DNA of 20,000 nt. Source: Catajapyx aquilonaris (lineage: Eukaryota). A program made the translations under genes and the position numbers. The notes beneath the pieces were generated by a model that searched no databases, was not told the origin of the DNA, and saw only the letters and a list, made by a program, of their open reading frames with translations. Location of the stretch: assembly GCA_000934665.2 (NCBI GenBank), contig JYFJ02001986.1:45127-65126 (forward strand), written 5' to 3'. Positions 1 to 12,098 of the stretch are shown here, piece by piece (the stretch's first letter is position 1; each line of letters begins with the position of its first letter).

Positions 1-91
1 AAATTTTAATAATATAGAGGGTAGAATAAGAAATTTTATGTATTAACATATTACGAGAGTGTCGACGTCATAAGAATAATGCTCTATCAAT

Positions 92-422
92 ATGGGGAGA
101 CGGAGTGGCGCCGCGGTAACGCGTGCGCTCACGGAAGTTAAGGTCCCGGGTTCAATCCCCACCCGGGGTTCCCACCTTCTTTCGTGCAGAGTTGGGCCAT
201 CTCTGGCTTCGTTTCGGGTGGGAATATCCGCTAGACTAACCCACCCGGGGGAGTTCACGAAATGACAATATAACGACATTGCACTTGCACTTCGCACATC
301 CCCTCCTAATTACCCTTGGAGCAATTAGAAATACGTATATGTATCGCTCCAAACCACAAATGGTGGTAACCCACCCCCCTAGAAATGGCCTATCGGCCAG
401 ATAACGGGGTACAGGAAAAAAA
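92..422 (+). mobile_element. Full-length tRNA-derived SINE (~330 bp) with 11-bp target-site duplication
   Basis: A-box-like TGGCGCCGCGG at 106-116 and B-box GGTTCAATCCC at 149-159 (tRNA-like spacing); short A-tail ending at 422; exact direct repeat GCTCTATCAAT at 81-91 and 423-433. Confidence 0.85.
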
Positions 423-457
423 GCTCTATCAATCACATATTAAATGGAACAACCTTT

Positions 458-655
458 GTGTACATGTAGTGGTTAAGCTTTCAGATTGCTATTTGGGAGG
501 TCCTGAGTTCGAATCCCGGTGCCAACCATCCTCACTCGGGGCTGATTTCCGTCGAATCCTATCACTTTAGGGTAGTTTTCGGTTGGTTTGCCTTACAGTT
601 ACACAATATAGCCACATGCGANCCCCCCCCCCCCCTTATGATGTCGTTCAGTAAA
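458..655 (+). mobile_element. Degenerate tRNA-derived SINE (boundaries approximate)
   Basis: A-box-like TGTAGTGGTT at 465-474 and B-box GAGTTCGAATCC at 505-516 with tRNA-like spacing; no full cloverleaf and no TSD found; includes an N and a C13 run at 622-635. Confidence 0.55.
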
Positions 656-721
656 ATTTTGTCAAATTCCTGCTCTGGTCTATGTTGCTTGGTTATGATT
701 ACTACTCATATTATCCATCAC

Positions 722-739
722 CCTATATAATTATATAGG
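722..739. repeat. Perfect 18-bp palindrome CCTATATAATTATATAGG
   Basis: Sequence equals its own reverse complement; AT-rich, low complexity. Confidence 0.9.
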
Positions 740-3188
740 AGAAGCCATAATTATCTCATATTACGTTTTTTCATATGAGCATGTACGGTGCTGCAAAGTA
801 CTTCAATAAGTTATTATTTTGTAGTTCTACCTAAGTATGTTCTACTTTGCGTGCTAGGAAGGACACTGGCAGATTGAAAGGGATTTCGTGACACAAAATA
901 CGTGCATCATCCCTCCTCCAGACGTCTTCACTCTGTAAGCAGATAATGGACATCCATTAAGACTTTATTTTCTTCTTAGAGTGGGATGGGAGGTACAAGA
1001 ATACGTACTAACCTCACCTTACTCGTATATAGAGGTTATCACCACAGAAGTTTGTCGGAATCATTATGAAACATCCTGCATTGTTGCTCACTTTTGCCGA
1101 ATATGTGTGGGTGGCAGTACAACTTGTCGGAACTTCGTCAGCCTGCGGCGCGGTGTCCAGCGGATGCCACTCAGTGTCGAGAAGCTGACGGCACTCAGTT
1201 GTTGCACACTCGTGACAAATTTGTGGTCTTCAATGAGGTACGGGATGTGATTGGGAGCATTATTCTGCCAGTATTCTCAGAAGGATGTCTAGGCTATATC
1301 ACCAGTCATCACGAATCTTGATTTAGCTGCCTGTAGAGATCCAAGGCAGACCTTTTGTACCAGAAATGCCTCGAGTAGGCTGACGACCAGGTTGCATGAA
1401 ATCGCACCATGCAATGAGGCAGAAACATACCCGTTATGTCGGCTCCTAATAGGATCGCGACCTTTTCCTTCTGTCCAATGGAGCATGCGTCTGTGCTCGA
1501 AAGCCAAAGGGCTCCTTGCCAACAAAGCCGAAAGGAAGTCCCGATTGTTGTCTCCGCTTGCCGGCAATTGAGCCCGCATCTAAGCCAAAAGTGGACTGTA
1601 TTGGTTCTCTCGAAAGCCGGTGGTCCGGGGATGATTTGGTGGCGATACGGTTTGGTCGGACGCCCACCAAAATTTTGGACCGACTGTCCCTCCATTCCCC
1701 TCCTCCCTCCTAACCCTAATAATGGATACCAGCAGCAGAGTGTGCTCTTTGTGGTCAAGACAAAGGGCTCGGAAGACTGGAAACCGTGTCCAGTTGTGGC
1801 TTCATCCGAAAAGCGGGCCAAATTTTCTCCGTCCTTTACCCCTTGCCTTGGGGAGAAGGCTGGTAGGGGTTGAGGGTGAGGGAGGATGGAGCAACCGGAG
1901 CGTGCAACAACTCGGACGACGATGTGTCCGCACCGCTGACTCAGTCAACTGCAATGTTCCGCCGGAGATTCCAAAGGGTCGGGGTCATGCTGGCAAGGAC
2001 ACTCCGGATAAGAGGAACTCGAGCAGCAAAATTATTGGCTAAACTTTTTTTCCTGAAGGGAGTCGGAATTTACGTATACTTGTAGATGGGGGTATTAGTC
2101 TCAGTCAACAAGGTGCGTTAGGGAGATCACTCTGGGAATCACAGGAATCAGGGAGAATCTAGAAAGAGTTCAGTCCGAAGTTCAGTCTGATCCTGTTCCG
2201 CTCTACATTCTCTCAAAATTTCCAAGTAGGTTAAACATTTGAACTTATACGCCAAATATATTTACAGTACCGTATATTTTCCTATCAACAATGCCAAATC
2301 TGTGCATATATTTTTCAAAATCCCAATCGGAAAATGATGTTGTAGGTGAAACATATCAGAGGGTTGTCAAGAGTCCCATTTGGTCCTCTTGTTGCGGGCA
2401 GTATGTGTCAGTATGAGCAAAGCTATTTTATCTTTGATGTGGGGTGGATTTTCCGCATTACATTTGAAATCAACAACCCTACATCGCAGGCTTTTGTACT
2501 ATTCATGACAGTTCAATATCGAAAACTCGTTATTATTGGGCAATAATAAATGCACGAACTGCAATACTGGGTCAAATTCATGCGCAAACAGGCTGATGGT
2601 TCCGGGCATATATTTATATTTACGTCAAAAATTTCAGTACTACCTGTAGGGGGCGAAAAATAATGTCCAAAAATAAATCAAAACACGATAGTTTATAATT
2701 ATCTGTAGAAGGTACATTTTCCCGATCATTTCCTAGGTCGATTATTAATTTTAAAGGGCTAAAAAGCAAAATCATTAAGAAAGGTTCAAAATACCGCAGT
2801 AAAATAATTCATTATGGAAACCTAATTAGACCTACTTATAAGACATTAGAAGCTGTACTATCGTGACGTGAAAAGTCAGTGTTACCAAATTAGGAAACAT
2901 GACGTCACTCGCCCTGTTAAATTGCATTTCATTATGTAGAGAAGAAGTTTGGCCGAACCAGAAATTGTGAAGAAGAAAATCAAGGAGAACGGATGACTTC
3001 TGATGCCTTATAAGACCGCACTAGTTAGTGCTAATGACGTCTAAAGAGGGAACACGTGGCAATTACTCCGATTATCTTGATTAGTTCACAATAGCTGGTG
3101 CGTGTTTGTAATAACTTTTCCGATGCATCCCTCCTACAGGGAACGGGAAGCAAATGGCTTTCCGGTCACGTCACCTCTCCTCTCCTTT

Positions 3189-3216
3189 CCCCACCCAACC
3201 CCCTACCCCGTTCCCC
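3189..3216 (-). other. G-quadruplex-forming motif (C-rich on + strand)
   Basis: Minus strand reads GGGG-AAC-GGGG-TA-GGGGG-TT-GGG-T-GGGG: five G-tracts with 1-3 nt loops. Confidence 0.7.
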
Positions 3217-3470
3217 TACCACCTATTCTCCTCCGCCCTCAAAATGTGATAATTTGAGCCTCCCCTGGTGATTCCTAGGCGCACTAGCAGCAGGCCTCGC
3301 TAAGCGAAACTATGCCCCCATGACTTGCATGCACACTCACTGTATACGAGCGTATCATCAGATCATCACACAGACCATACTGGTACATATCAAAGCGTAC
3401 TGTACCTACTACATACCCTATATCTAACCACAAAAATCGATATTACATAATTATATCGAATCATTGCGAT

Positions 3471-3471
<1 letters not shown>

Positions 3472-3549
<78 letters not shown>
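3472..3549. repeat. (TAA)26 microsatellite
   Basis: Uninterrupted trinucleotide repeat read directly. Confidence 0.98.
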
Positions 3550-4139
3550 GTTAATGAGTTGGCCATAACTTGTATACAGTCATAGAAGCAGACCCATTAT
3601 GTAAGTCGAGTGCGATATTTTTTAGAAGAGAATGTAGCTTTGCAGCATGCATGTGCAGGCCCAAGTTGACGGCACCAGCCCATCGGCATAATTGGATTCT
3701 TGTTTGACAACGAAATTGCAGAGGGCGCTGCAACAATGCGGGAGTTTAAGCCGAGAACAATGGGGGTCATCCGCCGCTAGTTTGGCCCTGGCCTGGAAAA
3801 TATGGCCCAGGCACTCTGGAGGCAGAGAAAGGCTAAATAACTCCAGTTCCGAAATAACAGGCGCGCCAACAGGCGTCATTTTCCATAATGCCCCCCTGCA
3901 TGAACCTTGGTCCATGGCAAATATTGTGCAATTAGAAAAGAGGGAGGGGACAGAGGGGTCTGAATTGCGAAGACTCCCCTTTTGGCCAATTGAAGCCTGT
4001 AATCATCCGTGGGGGTCGCATTATGGCATGTTTATCAGGCCAGTGTATCAGTGGCTGCAGCATAACTACCTCCGGCCTATGTTACGCAGCCTGGGTATTC
4101 CGCTCACACAATGCAGTTACGACGTCCACTGCCCCCAAC

Positions 4140-4197
4140 CGCCGCACGTGATGTACACTACAGTACCCGCTCCCGCTGTGTTTACATCAGTGCGGCG
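4140..4197. other. 58-nt stem-loop
   Basis: CGCCGCAC/GTGCGGCG, TGATGTA/TACATCA and ACAG/CTGT pair around a 12-nt loop. Confidence 0.75.
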
Positions 4198-7100
4198 CTT
4201 TTGATCTCGTTCATCAACACGACTATTAAATTGCCACTCACCTAGCTCGTATTTTTGGTATCGCTGTCTTCATGCCCGGATTTTGACGTTTATTGCCGGT
4301 GTTAAAAGTGGGGGCCAACTATTTTTGACTGGGACGAACCTGCAATTCAGTCTTCACCCAGTGTGATAAGCCATGTTATGCCAAAACTAAGGGGGTTATT
4401 ACTCAGGCACGCTTCGTCAGTTCATGTGGGGCTAATACAAATGCCAGGGGGGCTTGGCTGCGACTTCCGGTATCTGCTGAGGAGCACTTACGGCCACAAT
4501 GTCCAACAAAAGGGGTCGTAACAATCACGTACAGGCTATTCGTCCAAATCGGTTTAGTTTATCAAGTGGTCGTGTCAAGAGACCTAATATTAGCAGCTAA
4601 TATTCTTGATAGCCTCCTAAATGTAACTGTTTAAAAGTTACTTCTTAATGGTAATCAGATTAGTGCAGTGTTGCTAAGTGAAATGGAAACTACTTCAACT
4701 GACGGACCAACAGGTGAGACGGGGAAAAGTTGATGAATTATTCACCCCTGGGCTATGTAAACAAAGTCGACAGCCATATTTGCGAATTTCTCAGTTGTTG
4801 CGACCATGAGATTCTCTGGAAGAAATTATCAGTAATGGTTTGAAGGCGTGTGTTTCTCACTTAAGAAGATTTTTAAACATCAGAACCAGTGCCCTTGGCA
4901 GCCTTAATGAGTTCCGTAGCCATGAAATATGCCCAAAAGTTAAAGGAGTTTTGCTAGACCGAAATTGGTCATTATTTTTTAAAAGTGCCAAACTATCCTT
5001 CAAGTTTTATGGTGAAGTAAAGTGAACTTTGAGGTTTTCACCGAAAGGCGTATACACCTTAATAAACTGTGCGCCTCAAGAAGAAGCATAAACTCCACTT
5101 TTACGATGCAGGGAAATTTTCTTCCAGGGATTGAATCTCAAAACATACAATGGCATTGTTGATTGCTGGTAAACAAAAAATAGAAAATTTTATGCACATT
5201 AAATACAGCTTAAAATACCATTTTATACTGAAAGTTGTATGACAGTACAACATATTTTCAATGTATAATGAGGTAAGTGTATTTAAGGTACACACAGTTG
5301 AAAAGTATTTTCTGTTTATTTACAGATGTATAATGAAAGTCGTCAATTTGAGAATCGCGTTAAATATTGGTGTTCTTTATCTTCGTCCAGTGGTTATCTG
5401 CATTTCACGCACGAAGCCGATTCCAGCTTTCATTTTTAAACTTGGAAGGATTGTTGACGGTTTGCTCAAACGCTGGGGTGGCAAGTTCTCTCTGCAAATG
5501 GGAAATAAAGGGCCTGGCAATTTCCGTTTGGCGAATCCTGCTTGTGAATTCCAAAAACCCAGTTGATGGCACAATGTTCTCCCGCGGAAAACCAAGCAAC
5601 TGAAATCCTATGCTAAAAGATGTGCGCATTAGGTTTACCGGTGCGAGCTTAATTCTCGCATGGATGAAGCTTAAATCCGATTTGGACTCCATTGCGCCGA
5701 GTACAGCACAATGAGAGCGAGGTGGAATTCGAAAATAAAGGCCAGTGTATTTTCTTTTTGTGCGTCGCCGTCTCTCTACATTCTATTTTTTATCACTTTG
5801 GAATGGCGTGGAGTGAAGCAACAAAGGGGGAAGGAAAGTGGAAAAGCTGATTATTGCTTATTCCTCATCCAGTCCGGATTGGCTGAGCTGTCCGAAGTCT
5901 CGTGAGGGAAAAGCTGTAATGGTGCCTTGGTTCTTTCCAAGCGCCAAGATCAATCTCCAAGAGCATCGATTGCTGCCGAGATTCCTTCGCATGGGGGAAG
6001 GATTCCCTTCCAGCTATACGCTTCCCAAATCGGAAATAGTTTTGCTCCGCGCATAGTGCATCCCTATGATACGAGTCTTCAATATTCGAGAACGACGCCA
6101 CAAAATATATGCAGGCTTTGCGGCAGCTTACTAGAATGGTTGCAGCCATTAGTGGTGCCTCACTTACTATAATGGTTTAACATCACAGCTACTGGTTTCT
6201 CACCAGCTGGACCCCCAAAATAATCTTTGCAAGCAACTTGCGTCATTGTCATCTCCTGTCGGTTCTCGTTCCTTAGCAACGACAATGGGCTCGAAAATGG
6301 ACCCGAGTTCTATTCAGTACACGCTGCGTAATGTAAAAGAGATCAGAAGGGCACCAGTTTCCTGTAATTTAACCTCGGAAAATTTTCCCTTTCCCAGAGC
6401 AGTTTCAGGAGCCATTGATTCATGCTGTTTCGAGCATGGCCTCTTCCCTTTCCCTTGAAACATCCGGATAAAAAAAGTTAGGCCCTTTCCCCCCTCCTCT
6501 TCTCTTGACCGCTGATTCAAAAGAACAGCAAAAGGGCCCACCCCTAGGGGAAATTCAAACCGACTTTTTTCCGGGTTCGAAACGACTCCACTTTATCCCG
6601 TTTGCTCACTGAAGAAATCCAAATTTGACCTGCACTTGGCCTCTTCCTCGACGTTTCTTCATGCTATAGTATACAGACTGCAGGATTGTATCAGAGTCAC
6701 GTAGCCAGAAATGTTTCCTGGAGTGAAAGGTGGAGGGTTTGCTTGATCCAATCAGTCACACACATCCTCCAACATGTGCGGCCGGTATTGTGTTCCTTCA
6801 TCCGTATTCAATGTCCGTTCGCGAATGACTTGTCATCATCTGACCTCACAATGCAGGTCATTGGACGCATCCAGAGAAGGCTCCTGGGAAAATATTGCAA
6901 TTTACCTACGGATGGCGTCCAAGCTAATAGTAAATACGCGTTTGCTCGAATCCTTGAAAATTCTGAATGCAAATCCAAGCTTTCTAGTGTGTGGGCAGAG
7001 GATAGTAGTCTGTGCTTACTGCTGCGGTAATGTATCTGCGGCTTGCTTGGTATTCTAATATCCCCGAAACTCAAGCGGCGAGTCCATTTCGGAGGCATTA

Positions 7101-10100
7101 GTCGGAGGTCTGGCTTCCACCCTTGGCCTCCTGCTTCTGACCACATACAATGACTATAAACCCCACGGAATTACTCATAACGGCACAGCTTATACGATCC
7201 ACGTTGGTCACTCATTTTTTCTTCTTATTTTTTCCACCCTAAGCCTGCGTTCCTCCTTTTTTTTTTTGGCCCTCCTACCTCTTTTTCTCTAACACCGCGC
7301 AGATTTTATTCCTTCAGTCCGGAACTGCAGAGAGGGCACTTTCAACACCACAATGACCGGGTTGAGGAGGAATAAAAGTAGATGGGGATCAGGACTAGTG
7401 GAGTGGAAATGCAGTCCAATCCCGCGGAAGGGACCACCAGCTTCCTGGCATTTTTCAGCAAAAAATTTTATTACTGCCATACAGTCCTGATTATTTGGCA
7501 CTGATGAGGCTGCTTGTCCTATTAGACTTTTAAATGACGAACGGTATATTCTACCAATGGGAATCTTCTATCAGCCACGAAGTATCCTTCTCAGGTTGCT
7601 ACTACAGTGCACACAATATACAATAACTAATATGTACTGTACACACAGGCATTGCAATTCATATATTTATTACTAGCGACTGCTTTTGTTCCAATTGGAT
7701 ACGGGGCCTGACTGACCTGATTCTCCCAGGAGCCATACAGTATACCCTATCAAGCTAATACTCGACACAATCTGGACTTCCTCCGGTAATAACAGCTTAC
7801 AACCTCGCGATACTCAAAAAGCCTGATTATTGTTGTCGCGACAGAAAAGTAAAATAAATGTTCCCGGAATACCTGGAGATCATTTAGGGTTGGTTTTGGG
7901 AAAGAGAACGTACAATCCACTTTGCAATCCGATCCCTGGAGTGCAGCAAGGGAAAGAAGGAAATGGCTGAGTAACACAACACCAGAGCACATCGCAGTGC
8001 CAGGCACTCTGCAGTTATCCAGACACGTTGTGTGTTCGAGTAACATTGTGGAGCCCGCTGCACTCCAAGCGTGCTCTCACTGTTGAAGAGTTGAGGTTTG
8101 CCATACCGCAGATAGGTCTACTGTAGCCCACCCCCACCTTTTTTTTACGACCCTCCATAAACGAGATCGTTTCACCCGCTACCAATCTCTTGCTGCCTTC
8201 CGTGTTTTCCACGGCCACCTTTTTGTCAGTGTTTTCCCCTGCGCGGCAAAAAGGACGTAAACTCATTTTATTTTCTATCCCGGAAAAGCCTCGGAATCAA
8301 TACATTCGAATCATACGCGCCAGTTGACACTACTGTCTCAACTACACAAAACAGAATTGTCCAACATATCACCATCATTGTTGACAGATATTGTGCCCCA
8401 TCGTTTTCACTGAATCCGAGTCACCCGCAGCATAATAATGTCGCAGATGTCTACGCACTTTGAGGCGCTTCTAAGATTAGTGGCGTTCATTATCGCCATG
8501 TGCCGACCATATTTCAGACATCCCTGTTGGCGCCGAAATTAATTTGGATGGGAGGGCCAAAAGGAGCGTCGGAAAAATAGATATGGCCTGGCCGAAAAAA
8601 ATGGCCCCCTTCAACGCAGCAGACCAGTAATTATTCAGGCCAGCGGAGACCACTTGAGTAATTAATGTGCTGCCGTCGCCCATTTATAAATTTTGAGGCA
8701 GAAACTCGCGCTTTTCCATATTATGCGCGCCTTACTCCCGGATAATATTTAGCAGGGGCCCCATCCGATGAGGATCATCCCGCTCTTCCCTTTTCCTTCA
8801 GATAAAGCCAGCTCATCAACTTTTCACTTCATTCCTGCAGCGATGAATTGGCTCCAGCTTTTCCGGCCCTTTTATTTCCGCCAGCTGCAGACGCCTACCA
8901 CCCTACAAGACACCACACACTATAGGAACTATCCAGTGCCGCCATACAGAATATAATAATTATGTGAGAGGCGGCATGACGTCGCTGTTATGGTTGCATA
9001 AATATGCGGCATAACACTGTTTGCCAGTATGTCAACAGGAGGGCTTTATAAAATAACTTACACCAAGAGTTGAAAAATATTGTTAACGAGCAGGAACTTC
9101 GATGTGCTTATTTTAGTATATTAGGTTGAACTTCACTGGCCTATTATTTTCAACCATTATGCCCAGTAAATAAAGAATGCACCATGATCAGCACTAGTCA
9201 ACAACAATCAAACACGATCTAGTTTCTCAACGTACCGGTATACACTAAAATAATTTTAGAAATGTGCAACTGACGACCTAATGTACTTTACAGAATCATC
9301 TATATTTGCATACCATCCTTTTCCTGCCTTTATAAAACCTCCGGGAATGAAGCCTTCAAGTTTCATTTGACAACTCTCAGAGCTAGGGACTTGAGCTAAT
9401 CAATATTGTAATATTATGTAAATGACATAAAAGCGTCTGTGCAGCCAGCCTCAATGAAATAAACTCTCACACAGATGTACAGTACACATGAAATCATCAA
9501 ACTATCTGATACAACTATCAGGAATAATATATTTATAATATCAGCGTATGTATAGGAATGTAAAGGCAGGAGGTGGCCAAAAAGGAGGCCTGGATTAATG
9601 CTGTGTTATAGTGCCCTCCAAGCTGAAATGGGATTGAAAATACTGTAAACTGTTTGCAGCCGGAATTCAACCTATGCGCCGCCACCGACTTTTGTTTTCC
9701 ACGCACCATCAACTGTGGCATGGCGAGAATAGGCCCCATGTGAATGTGGCTTTAACATGTGGGGAAAGGGAGCAGCCATCCGAATAACCTCCAACTGTTC
9801 AGGACGGATTTTGGTGCCGTGTGTCTCGAATTTGCGGGGATGTGAATGCGACCTAAGACGGGATAAGTCCTATAGTATAAAAATGATATTTTAGTCGAGT
9901 ACGTATGTAGATCGTTAAGGGTGAAAGGTTATTAAAATATGCCGTTATTAATATTAGATTTAACTGACACCCATTACTTTAGAAGGTTGCATGGTGAGAG
10001 TCAATGAATCATACCAGGTGTAATGTGAGCCCATAAATAGAGCAATTTTAGCAGTGTGTTGTGCGCTTTCTTAGGCCAGTGTCCATTAACGAGTCACACA

Positions 10101-11920
10101 CTGTTCTCTAATCCTATTAAAAATTCACACAGCCGACTAATCCCACCCTGAATGTGAATATTTCAAAGAGGAATATAGCCATGCAACCTTCCCCACATGT
10201 GAAGGTAAGGCTTGTGAGGCACCGTAGCCTGCAGTATACGCACAGAGAGCTTGAGCCCCTAGAACAAAATCGATAGTTTGGCGGATAAATGGCACAATGT
10301 CAGTTTGTCTCCTCGACGTCCTCATCAAAGGGGGCCCTGCTGCGAGCCATACTCACGCCCATGCCCACACAGACAAAGAACTCTCTCCAACACACTTAGA
10401 TTCATCGGCAGCCTCCAGATAGAACGAGAGGGTCAACCCTCCCCGTTTCCCAAATTAACCTGCCCCTCCCTTCTACCGGCCTCGTGGAGCATATTAAGCT
10501 GACACACGGGCTGTCCGACATTTTCCGGGCGCCTGCATGCAAAAGGAGAAGGTTCTCCCGTGATAAGGCGCCCTCAGTACATTATTGCCGCCTGCCTGCG
10601 GTGACCTGTCTGCTTCCCTGCCTGCCCGACCTTATTTTTGGCTCTTATGGCCACTGTTCACGTGCGATGACTCTCATCCAACTATAGCCTTACTTAAGGG
10701 CGAATCACAACTATTGTTGAGGAGGGCTTGAAACGCTTCGGAGCATTGATTTTATAGCCTGCCAAGTATCCCTGAAGACAATGATCTAGTAATTGGCAAT
10801 CGATGATAGTAGGAGGATGAGTCCTAAAACCTACAACACAATCTAAAAGATTGTGGGGAGTTTTTTTTTGGGCTCTCTTCATTTCTGCAAATCCCATTTC
10901 TTGATCGCCCGCAATGTCTGACCCGATTAAGTCGTTTTTCGACTAGAAGGAGTCGCATTGTCGTAATCGCGTGGAGAGGTTCCCAATCATCCAATTTCAC
11001 TCCCCCCTTATCCAGAACTTATCAACATACATGGACAAAAAAAGGGGGCAGAAAACTTTCGAAAACCATTCCTACATTTCAGAAGAGAATAAATTGCAGT
11101 GTTCATTTGCCCCACTTATCAAAGAGCACGCAACACAAATGATTGAAGAGTAATGAAATGTCAATTTCGTCAACATTGGTCTTGATTATGCAGATGATAA
11201 GTGCGATGACGGACATTGTTTGGAAGTGGATCGATCGACAAGCAAATTGGGGACAGTGAGGAAGCACACTCAGAATAGCCTTGGCCCCTTTGTTGGCGGC
11301 GGAGACTTGTGTTCCATCGCTAATAAGTGGCTAATTCAGTTTGCTAATGAGTCGACGAATAATCAGCGGGGGTTTTCAACCAAGCAGTCGGGCTTTTCTC
11401 TGCAGAGGGAAAATCCTCCCATGCTGCAGGCTGCAGAGACTCCCTTCCTGAATCATGCCTTCGCATGCAAGAGCAGGAAATTATTCGACCTCCTTCTCCA
11501 AATAGAGAAAGTAGGCATATTAGTGCCAATATTCAGACTGGAAAGACCATTTATATATTTATACGTCAAATTTACAAAGGTGTTCCGTTCATTTTCACTG
11601 AAATTGCAACAAAAATTACCGTACTAGTTAATTATAAATATATGCCTCATTTATTAACTTTTACTGCTAGTCGGAAACAATGCGTGACCCATATGCGACC
11701 AAAGCGCAATCATTACTGCTGCGAACGTGGCACACGTTACTGGTACATTATCAGCTCAATTAATATTTAATTACATCACCCGACATTATAACAAATTATT
11801 AATTATTATAAACAATGAGAGTTCATCATGTAGGCATGGGTTAGGGCGTGTGGTAATGAGAGTGACCATAGTGTTCTAATTGAACGGGGTATTCAATATG
11901 GAATTATTTACTTGGGACAG

Positions 11921-12098
11921 GTTAAACAGCTTGGTACATGGACTAAGTGCCACAGGGTTCCACACAGTCAACGTCCTACTTCACTCGGCGGTCACCATAC
12001 TTTTGGCCATCCTGTGCAGGAGAGACCTCCGCTTGGGGGCACAGGTCACATGGACGGCGTGTCTTCTCTTCGCCATACATCCGGTCCACACGGAAGCC
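11921..12098 (+). CDS. TMTC1: TMTC1-like protein O-mannosyltransferase, internal exon A (178 nt, phase 2-0)
   Basis: Acceptor GACAG at 11916-11920, donor GTAAGT at 12099; encodes (R)LNSLVHGLSATGFHTVNVLLHSAVT...LLFAIHPVHTEA with the FHxxNVxLH and LFAxHPxHTEA motifs of the TMTC family. Confidence 0.93.

Noticed and set aside
94..170. Functional tRNA gene
   Set aside because: Continues into a 250-bp body with A-tail and TSD and lacks a proper acceptor stem, so it is a SINE head.
622..635. N plus C13 homopolymer
   Set aside because: Likely sequencing or assembly uncertainty, not interpretable.
5047..5062. GCGTATACACC-TTAA as a Kolobok/piggyBac-like end
   Set aside because: No matching inverted partner found in the window.
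9738..9856. Harbinger-like terminus TGTGAATGCGACC-TAA with an internal repeat
   Set aside because: No partner TIR found, so the element cannot be delimited.
9755..10200. 12-bp exact inverted repeat ACATGTGGGGAA/TTCCCCACATGT
   Set aside because: Several 12-mer matches are expected by chance in 20 kb and it extends poorly.
10071..10692. TTA-flanked GGC...GCC element (Harbinger-type MITE)
   Set aside because: Putative TIRs match at only about 14/23 positions.
10705..10755. Minimal hammerhead ribozyme (TTGAGGA-GGGCTT-GAAAC)
   Set aside because: Core C is missing, stem III does not close correctly and no stem I pairing exists.
1..11920. Upstream TMTC exon (DFWG...SHKSYRPL) and any other host gene
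   Set aside because: No matching codons found by eye; the preceding exon probably lies before the window, and no other ORF shows a recognisable intact domain.
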